Part shown: in pieces, positions 12,135 through 20,303 of the stretch
Layout of the letters: every line of letters begins with the position of its first letter
How positions within the stretch are numbered: the stretch's first letter is position 1
Origin: Fibrobacterales bacterium
Lineage (GTDB): Bacteria; Fibrobacterota; Fibrobacteria; Fibrobacterales; JAOPTW01
DNA: 64,000 nt
Assembly (NCBI GenBank): GCA_051532035.1
Contig: JAOPTW010000033.1
Coordinates: 1 to 64,000 of the forward strand
Direction: 5' to 3'
Notes under the pieces: generated by a model
The model's input: only the letters and a program-made list of their open reading frames with translations
Database searches by the model: none
Told to the model about the DNA's origin: nothing
Program-made: the position numbers and the translations under genes

Positions 12135-13100
12135 CTAGATCAGTCCCTGCTCTTCTAGTGATTCTAGTAAGGTAGGGGGAAGCCATTTATGCATTGGCTT
12201 ATAAGTGGCTTTGTTAAATTGGCTTAGGAACTCTTTAGAGAGATCATTATCTTTGCTTATTGAGTAGAGTAGTGCGAGATTGGCAAGGGCGCAAAGGTGC
12301 CTTAATGAGCCCGGAGCTATAGTTGCGTAATCCAATAGACTACTATGATAGATTTCAAGGGCTTTTTGAATATTTCCATGGGCTGCATATAGATCTCCAA
12401 GTGTTTGGTAAGAGACGCGTCCATGAGGAAATTGTGTTAGCTGAGTGGTCATGAGTTGAATAGCCTCAAGGTAGCGTTCTTCTTCAAAATAGACCCAGCT
12501 TAATGTATTAATAAAATAATGTTTAAACCAACGAGATTGTTCTCCTCCTATTTTAAGAGGTTTAATAAAATTTTGAGCATTAGAAAAGGGGATCCATGAA
12601 AGAGATTTTTCAATATAGAAGTGGTAAATGGCGCTAAAAGCTTGAGCATCTCTATTTTGAGTAAGTTTGGCTAATTCATTTGAGGCTGAACGTATTTGAA
12701 GAGCGGCCGAAATGGATTTACCACGAAGTTCCATGACAAATGCCCTCTGTAATCTAATGAGGTTATACCAAAAAAGTGTTTCTGGATCGTTTTTTGTCTT
12801 TTTAAAGAACTTTTCGCAGGGATGAAGGAGAGAGTCGGCAGTAAAAATATCAGTAGTATCTCCTAAATCGTCAAATCGACCTATGTAAATTATGGCAATA
12901 AAGCTTTGAACAGTAATTCTATGAAGGGCGGATTCATGATCATCTAAAGTATAAGGCTTTAAATGGTCTATTGCTTTGGAATATTGTTGGGTATTTGTGA
13001 GAGAGACGGCAGAATCAATAAGAGTGTAGTAATTTGGTTCGCTATGGAGCAGAGATATAAAAAGGATTACAAAGGATAGAGCACGGATATATTTGGTCAT
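12135..13100 (-). CDS. Exported TPR-like helical protein
   Basis: N-terminal signal peptide; TPR-like YQTLGDLYAAHGNIQKALEIY. Confidence 0.6.
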   Translation of the reverse strand: MTKYIRALSFVILFISLLHSEPNYYTLIDSAVSLTNTQQYSKAIDHLKPYTLDDHESALHRITVQSFIAIIYIGRFDDLGDTTDIFTADSLLHPCEKFFKKTKNDPETLFWYNLIRLQRAFVMELRGKSISAALQIRSASNELAKLTQNRDAQAFSAIYHFYIEKSLSWIPFSNAQNFIKPLKIGGEQSRWFKHYFINTLSWVYFEEERYLEAIQLMTTQLTQFPHGRVSYQTLGDLYAAHGNIQKALEIYHSSLLDYATIAPGSLRHLCALANLALLYSISKDNDLSKEFLSQFNKATYKPMHKWLPPTLLESLEEQGLI

Positions 13101-13153
13101 TGTTTTATATATAGTTATTATTTAAGAGATAGTTATGAGAAATTGGTTTAGAA

Positions 13154-13873
13154 ATGGCTGCACAATTCAGTAAACCACAGATTATAGGATTGATAATACC
13201 AGAGGTATTTACTGATGGAGTGTTTAAGTATCATGATGAAATAATACTTTGTGATATCCTTGAGATTCGCTATGACTTGTTTGAAAACCCAATGGAATGG
13301 AAAAAGATCGCACCTGCGGTACGTTCTGCATATGCTGATAAAGAGATTATTGGCACTATACGCTTAGAGTCTGATGGTGGGGCATTTGATAATAGCCTTG
13401 TGGAAAAGCGCAATACCCTACTCTACGAGTTAATGCATCTAGGCAAGTGGGATTGGGTAGATATAGAGTATGAAAATATGAATATTATTCCAAAGTTTAT
13501 TGCTGAAGCACGAAATACTAATACCAAAGTTATTACTTCTCATCATAACTTTAATACCGCTTATACGAAAGAGGAGTATATCGCAAAAGCGATGGAAATG
13601 ACAATTGCAGGGAGTGATGCAATAAAGTTTTCGGTTATGGTGGCGACCGAAGAGGAGTTAATATCGCTGTATCGCTTTGTCGAAGAGAATGAAGAAAAGG
13701 AAATGAAGCTTCCGCTCTTTAGTGTTTTCTCCATGGGAGAGTTCGCTCAGCAGACTCGTATAAAGATGCCGACACTTGGTGCGCCATGTACCTATGGTTT
13801 TTTTGGAGAGAATCAACCAGTATCAGGACAAATTAGTGTAAAAAGTTTGTTTCAAAAGCTTAAAAACGGCTGA
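13154..13873 (+). CDS. aroD: Type I 3-dehydroquinate dehydratase
   Basis: DILEIRYD, TIR...DGG, VDIE, SHHNF, D.IK, SMG. Confidence 0.85.
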   Translation: MAAQFSKPQIIGLIIPEVFTDGVFKYHDEIILCDILEIRYDLFENPMEWKKIAPAVRSAYADKEIIGTIRLESDGGAFDNSLVEKRNTLLYELMHLGKWDWVDIEYENMNIIPKFIAEARNTNTKVITSHHNFNTAYTKEEYIAKAMEMTIAGSDAIKFSVMVATEEELISLYRFVEENEEKEMKLPLFSVFSMGEFAQQTRIKMPTLGAPCTYGFFGENQPVSGQISVKSLFQKLKNG

Positions 13874-13967
13874 TTTAAGCCCCTTTTAAAAAGGATCCTT
13901 AAAAGAAGCTTTTAAGTGCCGGTACAATTTCCTATACTTGGATCACAATTTTTTTGGGTAGCTAATT

Positions 13968-14432
13968 ATGAGACTTTCAGAACGACTCATTGAAGATGGA
14001 ATTATTATTAACTCTGTAAACAGAGAAAAAAATGCCCTCATTGAAGAACTTGTAGATACCCTTGTTAAAGCGTATGACCTCGATCATCGCGACTCTATCC
14101 TTGATTCTGTACTTGACCGTGAAAGCAAACTCTCAACCGGTATTGGTTGCGGGCTCGCAGTACCGCATGCTAAAATTGATCATATTGATAAAATGTATAT
14201 GGTAGCTATGAGTGTAAAAGAGGGTGTGGATTTTGAGGCAATTGATAAAGAGCCTGTCTTCCTTTTCTTTTTGGTTATTTCGCCAAGTAGTACTGTAGGG
14301 CCGCACATTAAGGCGCTCTCATCTATCTCACGTATTATGGCAGATGCAGAAGTTCGTCAACAGTTGGTTAACGCAGAATCTACAACAGAGTTTATTGAGT
14401 TTCTTCTTACCGCCGAAGAAAAATATCTTTAA
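13968..14432 (+). CDS. PTS EIIA domain protein (Ntr/fructose type)
   Basis: RE...STGIGCGLAVPHAK phospho-His motif. Confidence 0.9.
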   Translation: MRLSERLIEDGIIINSVNREKNALIEELVDTLVKAYDLDHRDSILDSVLDRESKLSTGIGCGLAVPHAKIDHIDKMYMVAMSVKEGVDFEAIDKEPVFLFFLVISPSSTVGPHIKALSSISRIMADAEVRQQLVNAESTTEFIEFLLTAEEKYL

Positions 14433-14439
14433 GCTTTAA

Positions 14440-14542
14440 TTTTCGGTTTTAAACAGCACATTGCTGCGTTATATCTTCCTCAGCGTACCAAGTGTACGCA
14501 GTCGTCGGATATGCCTTGCACTGCACTATTTAAAATCGAAAA
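14440..14542. repeat. Structured intergenic palindromic element, copy 1 (candidate ncRNA or non-autonomous element)
   Basis: Long imperfect hairpin TTTTCGGTTTTAAA...TTTAAAATCGAAAA with internal CTGCGTTA, CGTAC-loop-GTACGC and TGCCTTG shared with copy 2. Confidence 0.7.
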
Positions 14543-14566
14543 ATGTGTCGTGTAAATCGGTTGTTC

Positions 14567-14667
14567 GGTTCGCTTTGCGAACCATTACTTTTTTGGTTCA
14601 TTTTTTTACTCGGTTCACTTTGTGAACCATTGCTTTATATGTCATTATTTTGCTTGGTTTGCAAGCC
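14567..14667. repeat. Short REP-like hairpins at ~45-bp period
   Basis: GGTTCGC-ttt-GCGAACC (14567-14583), GGTTCAC-ttt-GTGAACC (14612-14628), degenerate third at 14656. Confidence 0.6.
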
Positions 14668-14678
14668 GTTGCGTTCTC

Positions 14679-15407
14679 TTAATTGATTTGATATTGGGAT
14701 TGGGTTACTTCGCCGTTATCAATTGAGATGTAGTGGAGGGCGAAGAGCCAGTCTCCGTTTACGATGAATGAACCATCTTCTTGATGAGAGGCGTAAGGGG
14801 TGTGCAAGTGCCCTTGGATGAATACGTCTGCACTTTCTTCTTTAAGAATGGAACGAGCGGTTGTTTCATATTCATGCATGAGAGGCGCTGTGTCTTTTTG
14901 AGCGTATCTGCTTTTGTTACCAACGTATCGTGCAAGTGCCATGCCCCAGTCGGGGTGAAGTAGCTTAAAAAGAAAGTTATTAAGTGGGTTTCTGATAACT
15001 CTTTTTGCGATTCGGTATTTCCAGTCACTAGCCGAAAGGCCATCGCCATGCATAAAGCATATTTTTTTGTTTCCACTCCAGGTGAGATAGCGGTCAGAAT
15101 GAACAGTTATTCCAAGATGGTTGGTGAAAAATTGACCAAGATTGAAGTCGTGGTTTCCGGCTATGTAATGAATGTCAGTCCCTGAATCGGAAAGTGATTG
15201 TAAGGTAGAGAGTACTCTAAAATGGTTTTTATTGATGTAGTCAGAATACTCCATCCAGAATTCAAAAAAGTCACCACCAATAACAAGTTGTGAGGCCGTC
15301 CCTTTGAGGCTTTGGAGAAAAGATATTAGTTGCTGTTCTCGTTCTGGTATTGTGCCGGGTTCATTGCATCCCAAATGAGCATCAGAGATGAAAAAGAGAG
15401 GCTTCAT
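14679..15407 (-). CDS. lpxH: UDP-2,3-diacylglucosamine hydrolase-like metallophosphoesterase (LpxH family)
   Basis: ISDAHLG, GDFFEFW, GNHD, HGD, GHLH; ATG 15407 abuts the upstream stop. Confidence 0.75.
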   Translation of the reverse strand: MKPLFFISDAHLGCNEPGTIPEREQQLISFLQSLKGTASQLVIGGDFFEFWMEYSDYINKNHFRVLSTLQSLSDSGTDIHYIAGNHDFNLGQFFTNHLGITVHSDRYLTWSGNKKICFMHGDGLSASDWKYRIAKRVIRNPLNNFLFKLLHPDWGMALARYVGNKSRYAQKDTAPLMHEYETTARSILKEESADVFIQGHLHTPYASHQEDGSFIVNGDWLFALHYISIDNGEVTQSQYQIN

Positions 15408-15408
15408 A

Positions 15409-16575
15409 TTAGTAGGCGCCTTCACCTTTAAAAACAACCTTAAAGGTTTTGCCAATGAGTTTAAAATCTTCTTTAATGGACCCATGACGAATATATTGAT
15501 TGTCGAGGCGCATCCACTCTTCGAAGCCAATATTACTTCTTCCTGACACCTGCCAATGACAGGTAAGTCCGGGCTTTACTGAAAGACGCATTTGGTGCCA
15601 TGGGAGATACTCTTTTACTTCACGAGGTATTGGAGGACGAGGTCCTACAATAGACATCTCACCTTTGATAATGTTGATAAGTTGAGGAAGTTCATCAAGA
15701 CTATACTTTCGTATAAAAGTTCCGATGGGAGTGACACGGGGGTCGTTTTTAATTTTAAAAACTGGACCGTCTGTTTCGTTGAGGCCTTTAGATTTTAACT
15801 CATTGAGTCGTGCTTCGGCATCGAGATACATAGATCTGAATTTGATCATGTAAAATGGCTTGCCATTGAGTCCGACCCGTTCTTGTCTGAAAAATACGGG
15901 TCCTTTATCAATAAATTTTATGATGGCAGATATTATAACAAACAAGGGTAAGAGAATCAGAAGCCCGCCCATAGCGCCAGAAAAATCAATAGAGCGTTTG
16001 ACGAAATTAATAAATGAAAAGCTCCATTTGTTTACTTTAAGTTTAGAATAACTATATGCCTCAATGGTAAAGAGTCCTTCATTGATATAGTTAAATTTCT
16101 CCATTAGTTTTTCGGTGTTGGTATGTTTCTTACCTGACTGGCCACTAAAGTAGAATGCTTGGAAAAAAGGTTTCTTAGGCTCAAGTTTGGTGCGCACTTT
16201 ATCGAGAAGACCGGCCTCTTCAATGTTGTGTAGTATCTGCTTTTTAATCTGTTGAATTTCTTTTACAGTCTTATTAAGAAGGATAATACTTAAGCCAGAG
16301 TTGTTGTGCATAAACCCTTTGATGTCAATAATCGAAGAGTAAGAAAATACGGTGAGTACAGCGATCTTCCATGCGGTTAATGTGTCATTAGCAATTTTCT
16401 CAAATCCAAAGAGGTCATATTGTTCTGTGGAAATTTGAATGAGAGTAAAGGGCATGTGAGAACGAGTACTCCGGAGGATCTCTTCTTTGAGCCGCATATC
16501 AAATAGTTCGGGAGAGTAGATAGTTGAGTTGCTATTCTCACCCTCGGTAATAATCTCTTTAATCTCTTCGAGCAT
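15409..16575 (-). CDS. Priming phosphoglycosyl transferase (bacterial sugar transferase) with atypical N-terminal domain
   Basis: KRSIDF, KFRSM, DPRVT.IG.FIRKYSLDELPQ, MSIVGPRP, VKPGLT..WQVSGR. Confidence 0.9.
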   Translation of the reverse strand: MLEEIKEIITEGENSNSTIYSPELFDMRLKEEILRSTRSHMPFTLIQISTEQYDLFGFEKIANDTLTAWKIAVLTVFSYSSIIDIKGFMHNNSGLSIILLNKTVKEIQQIKKQILHNIEEAGLLDKVRTKLEPKKPFFQAFYFSGQSGKKHTNTEKLMEKFNYINEGLFTIEAYSYSKLKVNKWSFSFINFVKRSIDFSGAMGGLLILLPLFVIISAIIKFIDKGPVFFRQERVGLNGKPFYMIKFRSMYLDAEARLNELKSKGLNETDGPVFKIKNDPRVTPIGTFIRKYSLDELPQLINIIKGEMSIVGPRPPIPREVKEYLPWHQMRLSVKPGLTCHWQVSGRSNIGFEEWMRLDNQYIRHGSIKEDFKLIGKTFKVVFKGEGAY

Positions 16576-16725
16576 AGTGCGTCGTTCAGTTCCTGGAATT
16601 AACCTATTTGTAACAAATATAGTGAAAAATTGAAATATTTGACCAATTGAGAACCTTATCTGTAGTGAATTGAAATATGTGAAACAAAATTTGTATTTTT
16701 GACTGAAACATTTATTGAGGCATCT

Positions 16726-18003
16726 ATGAGCATTCGTGTTGGTATTATTGGGCTAGGTACTGTGGGTTCTGGAACCTATGAAATTCTCTCAAGTAAAAGG
16801 GATTCCTTTATCAAGAATCTTGGGGTAGATCTCGAAGTTACCTTAGTATGCGCTCGTGAAGATGCAGTTTTGGCCGGGTTTAGTGCAAAAGGAATTGCGA
16901 CAACCAAAGATGCACTTGAACTTGTAAAAAGCCAAAATGTTGATATTGTTATAGAGCTCGCGGGTGGGTATGATCTTCCTAAAGAGTGGATTTTAACAGC
17001 ACTCAAAAATAAGAAGCATGTTGTTACAGCAAATAAGGCTCTTATTGCGAAATATGGCGTTGAACTCTTTCCGGTAGCAGATGAAAATGGTGTTGCTCTA
17101 ATGTTTGAAGCAGCAATCGGTGGTGGAATCCCTATCATTAAAGCGATGCAAGAGTCGTTGGTAGGAAATGAATACCAATCATTGAATTGTATCATAAATG
17201 GTACGTGTAACTATATCATGACCGAAATGACTCAAAGAGGTTCTGAGTATAAAAAGACCCTTAAAATAGCCCAAGAACTTGGCTATGCTGAAGCAGACCC
17301 GACTTTTGATGTAGAGGGAATCGATTCAGCTCATAAAACAGCTATCTTGGCTTCAATCTGTTCAAAAACCTTTGTTGATTTTGAAAAAATGCACATTTCG
17401 GGGATTAGTAACATAGAGCCTATTGATATTGATATCGCGAAAGAGATGGGATACTGCATTAAACTTCTGGGTACGGTGTGTCAAGGTGAAGAAGGAGTGG
17501 ACGCTCGTGTACACCCTTGTTTGATCTCTAATGACCACCTTCTTGCTGGAGTGAATGGCGTATTGAATGCTGTCTATCTTGAGACTGATAATCTTGGGCC
17601 GACTCTTCAAACGGGTGCAGGCGCTGGTAAACTTCCAACAGCATCAGCAGTAGTTGGTGATGTGGTTGATATTGCACGTCAATTGACGGCTGGAAAAGCG
17701 AACCCTATTCCAATGGGGTATTACAGTCGTGACAATGAAGCCAAGTTGATCTCAATTGATGAGCTTGTCACCAAATTTTATTTGAGATTTACTGCAAACG
17801 ATGAACCAGGAGTTCTTGCCTCGATCACTTCGGCACTCAGTGAGAAAAATATCTCAGTTGAATCGATTATTCAAAAACCTGTTTCTGAACATGATGCTGC
17901 GACTATTATTGTGGTAACTCATGAGTGTAAAGAGGCTGATATCAATGCTGCTGTTGCGAGCCTATCGAATCTAGAGGCCCCTCAAATAATCCGTTTCGCT
18001 TAA
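16726..18003 (+). CDS. hom: Homoserine dehydrogenase with C-terminal ACT domain
   Basis: GLGTVG, VVTANK, FEAAIGGGIP, GYAEADPTFDVEG, DEPGVLA. Confidence 0.95.
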   Translation: MSIRVGIIGLGTVGSGTYEILSSKRDSFIKNLGVDLEVTLVCAREDAVLAGFSAKGIATTKDALELVKSQNVDIVIELAGGYDLPKEWILTALKNKKHVVTANKALIAKYGVELFPVADENGVALMFEAAIGGGIPIIKAMQESLVGNEYQSLNCIINGTCNYIMTEMTQRGSEYKKTLKIAQELGYAEADPTFDVEGIDSAHKTAILASICSKTFVDFEKMHISGISNIEPIDIDIAKEMGYCIKLLGTVCQGEEGVDARVHPCLISNDHLLAGVNGVLNAVYLETDNLGPTLQTGAGAGKLPTASAVVGDVVDIARQLTAGKANPIPMGYYSRDNEAKLISIDELVTKFYLRFTANDEPGVLASITSALSEKNISVESIIQKPVSEHDAATIIVVTHECKEADINAAVASLSNLEAPQIIRFA

Positions 18004-18110
18004 TTTTTTCGGAAAGAGGCGTGCATCTACTGCGTTAATTGAAACTTGACGTACAAATGTACGCCGGCGTTCCAATTGCCTTGTATCTACATACCTCTTT
18101 CCGAAAAAAT
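18003..18110. repeat. Structured intergenic palindromic element, copy 2
   Basis: Perfect 17-bp terminal IR ATTTTTTCGGAAAGAGG/CCTCTTTCCGAAAAAAT enclosing CTGCGTTA, CGTAC-aaat-GTACGC, TGCCTTG. Confidence 0.75.
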
Positions 18111-18128
18111 GAGTTCATTTTGTTGCTG

Positions 18129-18155
18129 GATGCACTTCGTGCATCGGCGTTTTTT
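18129..18155 (+). terminator. Probable terminator or REP-like hairpin between hom and nth
   Basis: GATGCAC-ttc-GTGCATC followed by GGCG and T6. Confidence 0.5.
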
Positions 18156-18163
18156 GGAATGAG

Positions 18164-18793
18164 TTAAATGTTTTTTCGGCCGATGGTAGAGCAGATGGGG
18201 CAGGATTCTCGTTTGTGGCCGCGGGCCATGCAATACTCTCTGCCGTAGAAGATGATTTGGAGGTGGAGTTTGTTCCAGAGGGCTTCGGGGAAGAGTCGCT
18301 TGCAATCCTTTTCAGTCTGCTCCACATTTTTGCCATTAGAGAGTTTCCAGCGATAGGCTAGGCGTTGAATGTGGGTATCTACGGGGAATGCGGGGTAGCC
18401 AAACACTTGTGACATGACAACGGCTGCCGTTTTGTGGCCAACTCCTGGAAGGGCTTCGAGGTCTTCATAGGTGTCAGGTACTTCGCCCCCATGTTCATCA
18501 ATTAAGATGTGAGAGAGATCATAAATTGCTTTTGATTTTCTTGGCGAAAGTCCACAAGGTCTAATGATTTTTTTGATATCTTCTACCGACTGTTTGGCCA
18601 TTTTTTGTGGGGTATTGGCCATCTTGAAAAGTGCAGGCGTTACCGTGTTGACTCGCGCGTCGGTACATTGAGCAGAGAGCAGTACTGCAATAAGTAGGGT
18701 ATACGCATCACTATGGTCAAGTGGAATGGGAGTCTCGGGGTAGAGCTCTTCGAGGGTATCAACTATGTACTGGACTGACTCTTTTTTATTCAT
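18164..18793 (-). CDS. nth: Endonuclease III
   Basis: LLSAQCTD, HhH LPGVGHKTA, VDTHI. Confidence 0.95.
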   Translation of the reverse strand: MNKKESVQYIVDTLEELYPETPIPLDHSDAYTLLIAVLLSAQCTDARVNTVTPALFKMANTPQKMAKQSVEDIKKIIRPCGLSPRKSKAIYDLSHILIDEHGGEVPDTYEDLEALPGVGHKTAAVVMSQVFGYPAFPVDTHIQRLAYRWKLSNGKNVEQTEKDCKRLFPEALWNKLHLQIIFYGREYCMARGHKRESCPICSTIGRKNI

Positions 18794-19011
18794 ACAGAGA
18801 AAGATAAGATATTTAGCCTCTGAAGGCCCTTGTCAAAAAGGGGGAGATCCATTTTTTACAACTTCGAGATAGTCAATTATAATGGTGCAAGTGAGGTGAC
18901 GGCGTGTGTCATGGTATTATTCTTTAAATAGTGCCCCCTTCGGCAATCTGCTTTCAGCCTTTGCAGCCTTTTTTGCTATATTTCGGCTATACTTACAGAA
19001 ATGGATACCTC

Positions 19012-20301
19012 ATGGAACAGCTTGTTTTACACCCTTCCCGCCTCGTTGATGGCGAAGTGACGATTCCCGGTTCAAAAAGTCTTTCAAATAGAATTTTACT
19101 CCTCGCGGCTCTTGCTGAAGGTGAAACTTCTATTGTGAATCTTCTTTCAAGTGATGATATTAATCATATGCTTGGAGCTTTTAAGAAGTTGGGGATTACT
19201 GCAGAGCTTGGGAATACTTGTACAGTACAGGGGGGTGGTGGACCAGTATCGGTATCTGAGCCAGTCGAATTGTTTTTAGGAAATGCAGGTACTGCAATGC
19301 GCCCACTTGCTGCGGCACTTTGTCTCGGTCAGGGTGAGTTTATTCTTGATGGTGAGCCTCGTATGCGTGAGCGTCCTATTGGCGACCTGGTTGAGGCTCT
19401 AAGGCCACTTGGTGCAAATATTGAATATTTGGGTGATGAAGGGTATCCTCCACTTAAAATTAAAGCAAACGGCCTCAAAGGTGGAAAAACATCAGTAAAG
19501 GGTGGAATCTCTTCTCAGTTTTTAACTGCACTTCTTATGGCTGCTCCGTATGCTGAAAATGATATTGAAATTACTGTAGAAGGTGAACTTGTTTCTAAGC
19601 CGTATATTGATATAACCACTCATGTTATGAAAACATTTGGTGTTGAGGTGGTGAATAATAATTATCAGAGTTTTGTCGTGAAAGCAGGCCAAAAATATTG
19701 TGCTCCTGAAAAAGAGGTCTTTGTTGAGGGTGATGCGTCGTCAGCATCGTATTTTCTAGCAGCAGGAGCTATTGCTGGAGGTACGGTAAAAGTACATGGC
19801 TGTGGCACTGAAAGTGTACAAGGTGATGCGAAATTTGCTGATGTACTTGAAGCGATGGGGGCAAAGATCACTTGGGGCCCTACTTGGATTCAGGTAGAAA
19901 AAGGTGATTTAACAGCGGTAGATATGGATATGAATCACATTCCTGATGCTGCAATGACCATTGCCACTACAGCTCTTTTTGCGAAAGGGACTACAGTAAT
20001 TCGAAATATTTATAACTGGCGGGTTAAAGAGACTGATCGGTTGTATGCTATGGCGACTGAACTCAGAAAATTAGGAGCGACTGTTGTAGAGGGAGAAGAT
20101 TTTATTGAAGTGACCCCCCCAGATAAATTAACTCCTGCGGCTATTGACACCTATGATGATCACCGCATAGCGATGTGCTTCTCTCTTGCATCTTTGAATA
20201 AAGGGTGGTATGATGTAGATATTACCATCAATGACCCTAAAGTGACCTCCAAGACTTTCCCAACCTATTTTGATGAGTTAGCTAAACTGATTAAAGAGTA
20301 A
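19012..20301 (+). CDS. aroA: EPSP synthase
   Basis: [43 protein letters not shown]. Confidence 0.97.
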   Translation: MEQLVLHPSRLVDGEVTIPGSKSLSNRILLLAALAEGETSIVNLLSSDDINHMLGAFKKLGITAELGNTCTVQGGGGPVSVSEPVELFLGNAGTAMRPLAAALCLGQGEFILDGEPRMRERPIGDLVEALRPLGANIEYLGDEGYPPLKIKANGLKGGKTSVKGGISSQFLTALLMAAPYAENDIEITVEGELVSKPYIDITTHVMKTFGVEVVNNNYQSFVVKAGQKYCAPEKEVFVEGDASSASYFLAAGAIAGGTVKVHGCGTESVQGDAKFADVLEAMGAKITWGPTWIQVEKGDLTAVDMDMNHIPDAAMTIATTALFAKGTTVIRNIYNWRVKETDRLYAMATELRKLGATVVEGEDFIEVTPPDKLTPAAIDTYDDHRIAMCFSLASLNKGWYDVDITINDPKVTSKTFPTYFDELAKLIKE

Positions 20302-20303
20302 GA

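Noticed and set aside
14565..14670. Palindromic repeats at regular spacing as a CRISPR array
   Set aside because: Only two good copies, spacers about 18 nt and T-rich, no cas genes in the window.
18164..18245. Nth Fe-S motif with only three Cys (C-x9-C-x2-C)
   Set aside because: From memory a similar C..RGH....CPIC variant is common in other bacterial Nth proteins, so not treated as novel.
18087..18336. Short ORFs overlapping the nth 3' end and the structured element
   Set aside because: Alternative frames of nth with no independent coding evidence.
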